Position numbers and translations under genes: made by a program
Part shown: in pieces, positions 1 to 16,400 of the stretch
How the letters are laid out: each line of letters opens with the position of its first letter
Position numbering within the stretch: position 1 is the first letter of the stretch
Assembly: GCF_964355755.1 (NCBI RefSeq)
Contig: NC_092676.1
Span: 21,346,871 to 21,410,870 of the forward strand
Source of the DNA: Antedon mediterranea
Taxonomy: Eukaryota; Animalia; Echinodermata
Direction of reading: 5' to 3'
DNA: 64,000 nt
The notes under the pieces: generated by a model
What the model saw: only the letters and a program-made list of their open reading frames with translations
Told to the model about the DNA's origin: nothing
The model's database searches: none

Positions 1-532
1 CTCCCTCACCACCACATCCATTTCTCTAACGTCCGCCCTCTACCTCCTTCGAAGAAGACGCGACTATTAAACGCCACCACACACACAACACATGGCCAAA
101 AAAGTCTGCACAAATTCCCAGGTCCTCTTTTCTCATCGGCGGCGGACTCGGAAGGTTGATTTGATCCCTCTCCACCACCACCATTGATTAAGCAACAAAA
201 AGTAGGCCTATGGATTTAATTATTAAATATTCTTATTAAATATAAGCACCTGGCCTAGTTACATACGTTCAATTATTATAGGCTATACACTACACTAGGC
301 CTAGCTAGCTAGGCTAGTTGGATAAGCTAGTAAGTCCCTAGCTAGGCCTAGCCTAGGCCTAGTCTAGTAGGCCTACAAACTACACTATTATAGCTAGCTA
401 GGCCTAGTAGTAGTAGTACTACTACTAGTAGGCCTCTACTAGGCCATCATCATCGACATCATCATTGACATTATTATTAATTATTGGAAAAGGAAGGAGT
501 TGGCGCTACTACTATAGGTATGTCAAGATACG

Positions 533-540
533 TGACGTCA
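533..540. promoter_or_regulatory. Perfect CRE palindrome TGACGTCA in a probable promoter region
   Basis: Exact 8-mer in a CpG-containing stretch (about 480-780) bounded by CTAG-rich DNA and a GTAAGT donor at 782. Function is inferred only. Confidence 0.3.
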
Positions 541-1580
541 CACACTGTGGGTTTCGTCGGGAAACTCGTTCCTGTTTTTTTCGTCTTCATATAGGTGCTT
601 GATTTAAAAAATTAATTTAAAATGCTTATTGGCTGAATTTCACTAACCTTTGAACTTGTTTACATAGTGAACAGGTCAAAGTTTATTTTTGTAAAAAAAA
701 CAACATTTTTAGAAAAGCGATCGCGACGTGGTACACAAGTTAATTTTAGCATTGGAAAAACGCATTAATTTTACACATTTCGTAAGTATTGTCTTTTTCA
801 AAAAATATCCTGTATTTTTCTTTATAATATAAACAGTATTCCTACTAAGTTTGAAGAAAATTGATCGTTAATCAATCACAGTTTAGCCCACAACAAATAA
901 CCCAACTTCAGAGCTGGGGGTTGAGAATGGATGTTGTTCAATACACTATATTCAATGAATAGTGCATGTTAAAGCAGATTAAAAATGCCATATTTTTTAT
1001 GAAATCGACGTACTATAGCCAGATTTGTGACTAAAATGTCAAATATAAATATTAATTATTATTATTTTATACGATATTTGTTTAGATTCCAATGTAATTA
1101 ATTAGATAATTTAAGATTCAAACACCATTTGAAATAACTGGTGTGGTTTTGGAAATTGCATATGGCGGTGTACTATTCTGTCATTGGCTGATATATGCCA
1201 CGTGACCATAATGGTGGTCTGCCATTGGATGATTTCAATAGTATATGGAATAATCATCTTTTGTTTTATTTTAACTTTTGTTTACAGTAGATATCAGACT
1301 TTAATTTCAAGAATCAAGAAATCCAACTATTATTTCAACCATTTGTCTGGTAAGACCATTCTATTAATTGAAAGTAATATAGAATTTTATTTAAATGCAA
1401 TATTTATTTATTGTTTAAACTTGATTTTGTATGTTTTGAAAAATGTTATAGTTATGATTATATTTTATTTTTTTATAGAAATGTCAGGAACACATAAAAA
1501 AGAGAAGAGAATGCTACCAGTAAAAGTGAAAGGCGATTTATTAACGCAATAAGCAGTACTGTATATAATTGTTTCCTGTA

Positions 1581-2010
1581 TCTTCTGGGAGGGGGATAAA
1601 GTTTTAAATCATTTATTTCTAATTCATCTTGATGTACAGTATAGTTACATGATCTTGCCAATTAACCTGTGTGAAAAAAAAATTCAAATGATTTTTATGT
1701 GTTAAAATATGCTATGTTTATGGTTCAAATATCTATTTTGCGGGAGGGGGGTAACGTTTAAATATAATTTATTTTTAATTCATCTTAATGTACAGTGTAG
1801 ATACATGATCTTGTCATTCAACCTGTGTGAATAACAAATTTCAAATGATTTTATGTGTTAAAATATGCTATGTTTATGGTTCCAGTATTTCTATTATTGG
1901 GGAGGGGGTAAAGTTTAAATACATTTTTTTTCTAAATCATCTTGATATACAGATGAATGTATTGTATTTGATGTTATCAGTTTGATATTCAACTGGTGTG
2001 AAAAAATAAT
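1581..2010. repeat. Diverged tandem repeat, about 157-160 bp unit, about 2.7 copies
   Basis: ggagggggg...catcttgatgtacag...acctgtgtgaa recurs at about 1587, 1742 and 1899; the atgtgttaaaatatgctatgtttatggttc block is in the first two units. Confidence 0.85.
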
Positions 2011-2312
2011 TAAAAAAGAATTACAAACAAAAAAGTTATGACTTTATATTTTCAGAAGTAAAAGAAAGGTCACAAAATTTTGTATACTTTGTATATACAA
2101 TTTATCACCGAATTTGATTATTAAAAGAAATCGTATAAAAAAAAATAGTTGACTGATTTTGTTCATTTAAACTTTGTTGAATTCCATTTTTTAAATAGAA
2201 TTATAAAAAAATAGTTTGGTTAAAATCAAATAAATTTGAAATTTTTCTTGACATACCTAACTACTACAGTTTTGCACCACACTGTTATTGCCTGTGAGAC
2301 TGCCTATAATTA

Positions 2313-6072
<3,760 letters not shown>

Positions 6073-6627
6073 AATAGAGATCGAATCTAGACCAAATTAG
6101 CTCTTAGGTGTTTTTGAATAATCAGTATTAATATCATGAAAATTGTAATTATTAATCTAAATATTTGTTTTGATTCTGTGGTTAAGAAGAATTTTCTTTA
6201 TGTGACTATTCTATTGCATAAGTGCACTGGCTGACAACCTTAAATACTGCAGTAAACTGATGAAACAATCAGTAATGTTGCATCAGTGCAAATTTGTCTT
6301 TGAGTATCCTCGATAAACAATCAAGTATTATAATTTTCTGAAATATTTTTATTCGTAATTGTTTAATCATGTAATAGTAAGCAAATGAAGTATTAAAGTT
6401 AAACCTTGTTTTATCATTTTAATAATTTTTTTTTCTATCATGTTTTGTGTTATAAATCACTAGATAGATTTCATATAGTTGCGGGTGGTGTTGATGTTTT
6501 ATTTTTGGTGACCATTATTATTACGCAATAATCCCCAGGTCTTTTATTTTTCGTCTTCCTGCATCATTGCACACACGTACAAACACATGCTGCACGTTTA
6601 CAGTGTCACAGAGTGTGTTGTGAAAAA

Positions 6628-6789
6628 AACCTACTCGACGTCTTCCTGATTTTGTTGCTTACTTTATTAGACAACGTGCCAGCTCTGAAGGCGTACCATC
6701 AACGCATGTCTGCACGCCCAAAGATTGCAGCGCGTCAGGCGTCCAAGGATTACAAACAGCTGAAAGTTAATGATAATGGAAAACAATAA
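6628..6789 (+). pseudogene. 5'-truncated duplicate of the GST-Pi terminal exon
   Basis: Translates NLLDVFLILLLTLLDNVPALKAYHQRMSARPKIAARQASKDYKQLKVNDNGKQ*, colinear with 5911-6072. The first 9 codons and the splice acceptor are missing. Confidence 0.9.
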
Positions 6790-7495
6790 TCTGTTTAATA
6801 ATTCTCTTTAAAGATATTTTAATATATAAATGCAAATAAAAAAATAATAATAAATAAAATAGGCCTGATAACAGGTAAAATATTAATTTTGTTAATAAAT
6901 AATTTAAAAATAGTGTAAATAAACAAGTTATTTTTGCATTGATTCTGTGATTAAAAAGATATATTTTTTAAGGAAAATAATTTGGTGCAGTAATTCGACA
7001 ATGCAATATATAACCTTTAATAACTAAACAAAAGAGAATTAACTTTGATTTGACTTTGTAATGACTATGTTCATATATTTTATAAATTCAAGTCCTTTTT
7101 GTTATATTATGAAATATTGTTTTGATGTGTGGTTTTATTAATCATGTGATGCCAAGTCCTTTTTAGTCTGTTTTCTTTTCTTCTATTTATATAGTACATG
7201 TGTCACTTATAAATCACTGAAATTAATTAATTATAGTTGGTTACATTGTTTAAATTAACTGTTTTAGTTGCAAATCTGACAGGATTTGAACCAGGACCAT
7301 TATATTAGATAAAAACTCAAACATCATGAAATATCATGAAAGCGCACAGTTCACGCATCGATAGTTTTCTGACCTTTAACCTACCATTTTGTACACGTTG
7401 TGTATGTTGCGGTGTTTTCTAAATCTGGTAGGCTAGCCTATCCCATATTTTGGCTAGAATCTAGCGGTGTAACCTGCTATAAATAGAATATCAAG

Positions 7496-10400
7496 ATGAC
7501 TGACGGTAACTAATATTAGTATTAATCAATTTCTTCAAATTTGAAAGAATTACACTAATGTGCCACCTTTATTTAGTCTGTTATGGCTTTAGCTAGCCTA
7601 CATACACCCACACTTTACTCACCACTAGGTAGTACTACTACCACTGACTCACGGACTCACTCTGAGTCCGAGTGAGTAAAGTGATGTTTTGTCAATAATA
7701 TGCTTGGCCTAGACCAATTCAGTAGTGGAAATTCGTAATAACAAACATTGTAATTTTATAGACCTATCAACTTTTATTAATATTATCACCCTTCTCAGTC
7801 AGTCTGTATATTGTTTTTCTAAACTCACTATTATATTGAATCGTAATGCATGATGATGAAATCAACTAACTTCTTGTGACATTTAAATATAGTAGGTTTG
7901 ATATTCAAACTATAGAATAATATATATAGGTATATTTTATTATTCCTCTACAACAGAGAATCGAGTATTTCATGATCACAAAATATAAATAAAGCACCAC
8001 AAGGCTATAAATATTTTAGACCAATTAAAAAAGGAATAAAATAAATATTAAATATAGTTATTGAATGATAATATTAATAATAATAATAGTTAATACTATA
8101 CCTACTGTAAAAGTGTTTTGAAATAATAAAAAAACAACATAATTAAATAATGATACGGCCTAGTGGTGATGGAGTCTATTTTCATTGACACCATTCATCA
8201 GGGTGCATGTTTTACAAACAGCAGCAGGTCATTATTGATGCAGCAACAAATTTCATCAAACCAAACATACGACTAAATAATACCTTATTTGTATTATTGT
8301 CGTCATTTTTTTTTATATCAAAAATAATTTGTATTTATTCCTTCTTCACAGGTAAAAAGAGATGCCAACCGGAATGGATCTTGCCATCAGGGAAGACTGC
8401 TCCACAGCTGACACTCTTTAACAGTTTAACTAGGAAAAAAGAACCATTTATACCTATAAATGGGAATACAATAAAGTGGTATAGCTGTGGTCCAACAGTT
8501 TATGACTCGTCTCACATGGGCCATGCAAGGTACAGTATGAATAGAATAACCAAATAAAAAGGCCATACCTAAAAACTATGAGATCAGCTTCTTAGTTGTT
8601 TATTCCATTAAAAAATGTAGAGGTTACTTATTATAATATTGTAATACCAACCATTATGATGCAAATTCATTTTTTTTATTTAAAAATATTTTTTTTATGT
8701 ATTTGCATTAATTCTAATTTCAGTTTTATAAAATTCATTATCATGCATTTTGTAAAATGTTAAAGGGGGATTCTGGGTTTAAAATTGCTTTTAAATATCG
8801 TTTATTTATTAAATAAAAAATATTATAACAATTTAGACATGTCAGAATGAAGAAGTAATAACAAGAAATTAAAAAAATTAAATTTCATATACATTTTAGG
8901 GTAAATTCATGGAAAATCTGTTTTTCAGCAGCTTAGGGAAGCTCATTAATATTCATGAGATATTCACAAAATCACGTCATCAGTGGATTCCAAACTCGCG
9001 ACGTCAAGCTTGTACGTTGTGTTCTCTCTCCTCTGTCAAACGACGACCACCCGATCATTGTTAAATACATTTTTTGTAGATTTGCTAAGCTAGGCCTAAA
9101 GTGTAATAATAACAGTAGTAGCATATATTTATTTGACATTTAATGAAATACAAAATTTAGTACAGATTACGGAGTCATAAATTATACTATTTTTATACCT
9201 CGAATTAATAGTACAGATCGTATATCGGCTTCACGTACTAGGCTAGGCCTAGCCTAAATAATTTTATTCATGCCGGGGTGAGAGCCATTTCTGACTAGGG
9301 ATCCATGCCACGATGGCTACGTTAAAACATTGATTGGGGCCATCATTCATGGGCCTAGCTAGCCTATTACTAAACGATTGGCCCATCAATAACAAAACTC
9401 AGTGGATTCCAAACCCATCCTATCAACCAAACTCCTAAACAATCTAAACCTAAAACGTTCTACAAAAATCGGCTGTAAATATTGAGGCAAAACAAGGTCC
9501 GATCGCCGTCCGCACGTATGGTGTCCCGATCGTCTAATAAGTAGGCCTAGTTTACTCTCCAAAAAAGCGGATACTGCATCAAGCAAGTAGACCGGGCGGT
9601 AGTAGGAAGGAGGCCTAGCCTAGAGCCTAGCCGATCCGGCCCAGTTAAAATTGAGCTAGCTAGTGTAGTAGACCCTATGCGAATTGATACTACCAGGCCT
9701 TTTACTATAGCCTAGGCTACACTTGTTAAAATTAGCAATACTGTACTTATGTTTACAAATATTCCAACTCTCTCATTCGAGCTATATTATCTATACCATT
9801 CCGGTAGGTTGAGTCGACCTTCAATCAAATACTGTACATCGTTCATGTTGTGATTATAGACGGGGTATACTCGACCCGACCAGTTTGGTATTGTATACTG
9901 TATCTGCTTATCACGTGACGATGCCAGGCATGGGCAGAGAGAGCACGTGTATCGTCGTCTCGCTCTCCTCGCTCAGCAGGAATGTATACGTTACGCTTCA
10001 TTGATTTTGAAGGCTTTCCCTAAGTCAGTGCGAAAATCGGCAAACGTAAAGTGCAAACTTATCTAATTTTTTCACTGTTTTGATGGATTTTCATAGAAAA
10101 TTGACTTTATAAATGGGAAGACCGACTAAAATTACATCAGATAAGTATAATTTTACAAAAGTAATTGATATGGTTAATGATAACGAGTCGTCGGAAGATT
10201 GACCATTTCACGAATTTGCTATTCTGTAACCACAGTGTGATTTTGCCGTAGCTGCACTTGTAATCTGGCCTCATTTCACAGCCTTCGTTCTGCTTCACTG
10301 GGCGCTTATATAAATTGAAACTTTTACCGTTCAAGAGACAAACAAATATATTTTACATTTTTTACTATTCATTTTAAACCCGGAACCCCCCTTTAAATAT

Positions 10401-13400
10401 CGTTTAATTTGCATTGACCTTTGAAAAAGTTAGGTCATGAAAATTTATTGTGCGTAAGTTGGAACGTGCTTCCTCACTCTCTTCCTTGACAAAGTTCCGG
10501 CGGTACCTAGGTCAAGGGTCGTTTGTCATCCCAAACCTAAGGCTCCCAAATATAGAAACAATTATAAATCATATCTGTTTCAAATTTCAGGTCCTATATC
10601 TCATTTGACATCATGCGGCGTGTTCTCTCAGACTATTTTGGGTATGATATATTTTATTGCATGAACATAACTGATATTGATGATAAGATTATCAAGAGAG
10701 CTCGGACAACCTACCTGTTTGAAGATTATGTAACCAAGGCAACGGACACTGCACAAGTTCTGAAGGATGTTGATGAAGCACTCCTGGTATACCTTAATCA
10801 AACTTGATGTGACAAAAAAAATGTGATGTTCCCATATATAGACATGATGATGTCATATCACTACCATATTTGGTCATATCACTACCATATTTGGACACAC
10901 TCACAGTTTTTTTGTCAAACTAGTTTGATAGTGTAGACAGAGCTTTATATATAATGCCCTATTTAAATTTAAAAGACACATAAAAGGGTGTATAGCTAGA
11001 ATTTTATTGGTCTTCGTGTCACAGATTTTAGTTGGTGAGAAAAATATAGAAGTACTTTCAAGAGGTTTCTTGGGTTGGTCAGGGAAGAGTGAAACTTTTC
11101 CCTGAGTTGGCAGTGTGTTTGGCTAGGTAGAAGGCCTTAAAATATGTTTTAGGTTGGGTAGAAAACGTGGTGGTTATACTTCAATTTAAAGAAATAAATA
11201 ATAAAATAGATCTGATTATATTAATTTCAAAAAGTATCTTTAAATGTACTTTATAATATATTATATTTTATAGAAATTCAAAGATAAATTTGAAAAGGAA
11301 ACAAATGCAGATAAGAAGGTAATGCAAGAAAAGATAATAAAGCAGGTTGAAAAGTCACAGAGTGCATACACAGAAGGGGTCAAAAGTCAAGCTGCAACAG
11401 ATCAGCTACAAGAAATGAAAACAGTAAGTTATTTACATAATGATGTACAGGGCAAAGGTCAATAATGAAGATGTAAAATGATTGTGGTCCCAAAAAAATT
11501 AAAATATGGTAACAAACAATGCTGAATAATAAGGTTTGTTGCAGATAGCTGATTTCATGAAAGCATCATTGCACAATGCATGTCTGGAAGGAATTGGGGA
11601 AAAAGTAATTGATGTTTTTAAATTCTAGGTTCTGGGCTAGCAATATTCATAGGCTAATAATTACAATTATTTCTACCCAACAAATGTAACTTTTTAAAAC
11701 CCTGTTAATATATTTTTTAATGAAAAATATCAAATCAAGAATAACAAATTTCAAGGTCAAATCATTTTTGTATTTAAATTAAATAACATGTGTACAACAT
11801 TACTATCTGTATGGCATACAGTATTTGCATGACATCAAACCTGAATATAAGTTCGAATCATTCTCTCACAGATATATTTATTATTTCTATCTTTATTATT
11901 AATTAATATTGACATTAATTTCAGTATAACATTTCTTTTTATACTATACTAGCAACTGTTACAAGATGCCAAGGATCCATTATCCGAGTGGCTGGATGCA
12001 CAGTTTGGAAGCAGTGTTGAGGATAATTCCATCTTCAGTAAACTACCTCAGTATTTTGAGGCTGAGTATCATCAGGATATGGAAAACCTGAATGTAAGTG
12101 TTTTGTATAACCTGTTATTGTATATGTTAATAAGTTAAATCAAGAGGGCCAAGGCCAATCAAACATTATCACCCACTGACAAGGCCATATACATGGCTGC
12201 AGTTGCATGCTCAAATTTGAGTTAGGGTATGTGGAGTTATGTACGCGGCGTACATATTTTTGTGTCTGAACCACGCCGCGGATTAGCGTTAGGGAGCTGT
12301 TACTCCGCGCCAATGGCGTTAATAACTCCAGCGGGAGAGGGTAGATTTCATAAGGCTAATCCATTGATGCATCAATGATTTCAACCTCCGGTCAACGTCA
12401 GCCAATGAAAAGACACGACCGCAATTAGCAGCAGTCTATTCGCGCGGTTTTTTTTAATAGCAAAACAATATAGCCTATTCCTCGAGCTAGCCTAGATCAA
12501 CAGCAACATTCGAATTAAAATGAAACGTGTTTGATTTCATTATGGGGCAGCCCTGAATTTATAGACAAGATAGAAATTAGAAATTGGAAAGCTAGCGCCG
12601 GCAACAAGATGGCTGTTTTTAAAGAAATTGCATCTAAACTGCAAAATTCTTCCTGACGAAGTTGGCGTCGGCGACATGATTTCACAAAGTTAATTAAAAT
12701 CATACAAATGGCAAAGTCATTGTCCGTGTAATAATTATGTTCGAAATTACTATCTTCTGTAAGGATTTGCAAAAAAATCGGCAAAAAAACCATTACATTT
12801 GAAGGTAACATTGTATTATATTGCTAGGCCTAGCTAGTGTTGTAAACTTTCGCGCGTGTCACTCTCAGCTCTGTTGTTGTTATTGTGTGTATGTATCCCA
12901 TCGGCCGTTTCGCGGTATGACGGAACTTCCGCTTTAAACGCAAGACGTTTGGAATGCTAATCGTTGTGTCTGAACACCTTGACTTTTAACGCCACGGATT
13001 ACCGTACGCCTTGCGTAGATAACTCCACCGTAACTCCGTGAGTCTGAACATACCCTTAGTGTTTACCGACCGACATAGTGAGATGTAGAGTGGCATTTGC
13101 ATGTGAATGTGGAACTTGTTTTTATTATACAAATAATGTATTGACATTATGAATTGAATGGGCATGTTCCATTTGGTAAAGAAACAATTTGTGTTTAATG
13201 GTGCATTCTGAAATAAGCAGCAAATAAAATTATTCTCTTCATTCAAACAAAAATTGCTTAAATTTAACTTTTTGAAATCTTTTAATATTTAGGTTCTACC
13301 TGCAGATGTCCTTACAAGAGTTAGTGAATATGTTCCAGAAGTTGTCACATACATTGAGAAGATCATTGAAAATGGTTATGGGTAGGCTTCTTATGTTGTT

Positions 13401-16400
13401 CGTTTGTGATTTTTTAAAGTTTTTTTTATTTATTTATACTGGGTAACCTCTTCAAGTCAAAGACTGGTTTCCAGAGGTCCCAGTTATGATCAGTGGCTGT
13501 GTGTGTACTAGTACACCGGGGCCCCCTACTTGTCTCGGAAGATGTACTAAGTTCTTTAAAGTGCACATGAGCTAGATGTTTATACGGTTTATAGTCCTTA
13601 TAATAATTATGTCTTAACCGCTCGACCACTCACTGACTTTGTTGCTGTACACTGTCTTCTAAATTTCTAGAATATAGATAAACACGTAATTCACATTTAC
13701 AGGTATTCGTCAAACGGTTCTGTGTATTTCGCAACGAGCACATTTGACGAAAGCAAGGATCACCACTATGCGAAACTCGTACCCGAAGCCTACGGTGACA
13801 GTACCGCATTACAAGAGGGTGAAGGCGACCTTAGTATATCTCAAGATCGTCTCAGTGAGAAGAAATCTGACAGTGATTTCGCGCTGTGGAAGGCCTCAAA
13901 GCCAGGTGAACCAGCTTGGGACTCCCCATGGGGCAAGGTTGGTAATAATAGATATTGAAATTACTGTAAACCAATTTTAAAAGCACTATAAACAAAAAAT
14001 GTAATGTCACAACAATTTGACCAGTGATATTACATATTAACCTAGCTTATATTCTGTGATAATTATAGTATTAAATTTATTAGAATTATCTTTTTTCTTT
14101 TGAGTGCCATTTGTTGCGATTAATGTACGTCCAAATTAAAAACAAATAATGAATTGAACAAACTAAATTACATTTTGTTACTACCATCACACAACACATT
14201 ATTGTTCATTTTCAAATTTATACTATCAAGTAAGCTTTCAATAAACATTGTGTTATGTTCTATAAAACATATTGCATATACTCTTCTGATGTCTATCAAT
14301 TACCTCTGCTGAAATAGTATCTATTATTATATAAATTTACGTAAGGGCAAAATTCGGTAAATCGCGCGTTATTTCTAGAATGTTTACTCGATGGTATATA
14401 AAGTTGGTTCGTACTTTCGGTACTGATTTTAACCACCTGATGTAACCCTGTTTACTAATTAAATTGAGTTCGATAATTAGTTATTGACGATTAAAACGAA
14501 TTTAGGTTCAACGATTTGCCCCAAATAGGGGTGTTTTTCGATCGTAATATACACTGTCTAATGGATGTCCATTTTGAAAAATACCCGCAGACAATAATAC
14601 GAGGATGCTTCGCATTTTCCTATCTCCTCCTACGATAATTGTTTTTAATGACTGAAAACCGGTTGAACAGCTCGAGTACAGCATCATAATGTTGAAGACA
14701 GGCCGATTTAAAAAAAAAAATACTTTTTTGATAAATTTAATATACGTTTATACAAATGTCTTGATTTGCGATGAATGGAACATTCCAATTTTACATCTAG
14801 TTTTAACAATTAAAGTTGTTCTAATTTGAATCTAAAAAGAGTTATTTCTAAGATTCTATTTCACTTTGTAGGGTCGTCCAGGCTGGCATATTGAATGTTC
14901 AGTGATGGCTAGCTCTATTTTGAATGAGTCAATGGATATCCACACTGGTGGTGTAGATTTAAAGTTTCCTCACCACGACAATGAGTTAGCTCAAGCTGAG
15001 GTAAGTCTGTGTAGAAGTCCTAACTTTAAAAAATAAAATTTTTATAAAAAATAGCCAAACCATAATAGAAAGTGTGCTATGGATAATTTTCAAAACATCA
15101 AACTATAGAGGGTGCTATTTAGCAAAAAATGTTGATAATATGAAGTATCATAAAAAGATTTTTTAAAGGGAGTTTTGTATTCTTTCAAACATTCATAGAA
15201 TGAATGTAGACCTTTTTTTCCTAGCATGATACTGTTGAAGTTTTACATTGTAATTCTTTGAGAATTATATAAGATCTTGCTAACATATCTGCAGATGATT
15301 TATATTTATGTTACAAATTTTACAATAAAACCAGAGATTATATAAGTTCATATTGACATTTTTTATTCCTATTTTTCAATGTTACTACTATTTTTGTTTA
15401 TTTCAAAGGCTTACTACAACAATGATGACTGGGTCAAGTATTTCCTACATGCTGGACACTTGACCATCGAAGGTTGTAAGATGTCCAAGTCCTTAAAGAA
15501 TTTCATCTCGATCAAAGACGCCCTCAAACAGCATTCAGCTCGTCAGATTCGTTTGATGTTTCTGCTACACTCGTGGAAAGACACTTTAGATTATTCTACA
15601 GCCACTATGGAAATCGCTAAAGGTTTTGAAAAGTTTATGCATGTGAGTGTTAAATACAGTATTTACTATTACATAATTACTATATTCTGTGTATGTTATT
15701 GTAATCTTCTGAATTTTTACAGTATAGTATATCTATGTTTTATATTTCATGCCAGTTTCAAATGCATTTCCATTTTATATTACTATGGACAATAAAATAA
15801 TATCAGTATCAGTATAATTACAATGTAGGTTTTTTTCTAATTGCACGTCCAGTGATACCACATTTGAAAACTTGTTCAGTGGAATGTTGCCATTCAGTTT
15901 GTGTTGTTTTTCATATTTTAAGTTTACTATACTAAATAATAATTTTGTTTCACAGTGGTCTCTTTGCCTATTTGACCTAATTGCCTCTTTAGTAGTTCAA
16001 TAACTCTAAATTAATTTAACTATATATTTTATATTTACAAATTTTCAGGAATTTTTCCTGAATGTTAAGGACGTACTAAGAGCAAGCCCCTCTTCTGGAC
16101 CGGGTGCTTTCTGTAAATGGAATGAAGAAGAAATTAAACTAAATAATAGGTAAGTAAATACTGTAAAATAATAAGACAAGAAACAAATTATTACCACAGA
16201 TCATGTGATATGGTAGAGTAATTTGTCAAGATGTTGATACACATCCCATGTTGTTCCATTATCTAATAACAGTTGAGATATTCTCTCCTAAATGAAATGT
16301 ATACAAATCTAAGGTCCTAGACAAACAGTAGAACTGAACCTCTCTTTTTGGACACTATCTGGACCCTGATTTAGGGATCACTCTTGTTAAATGGGATTCC

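Noticed and set aside
1184-1552. 122-aa hydrophobic ORF
   Set aside because: TTG start, AT-rich F/I/L/Y bias typical of non-coding DNA, and no recognisable domain.
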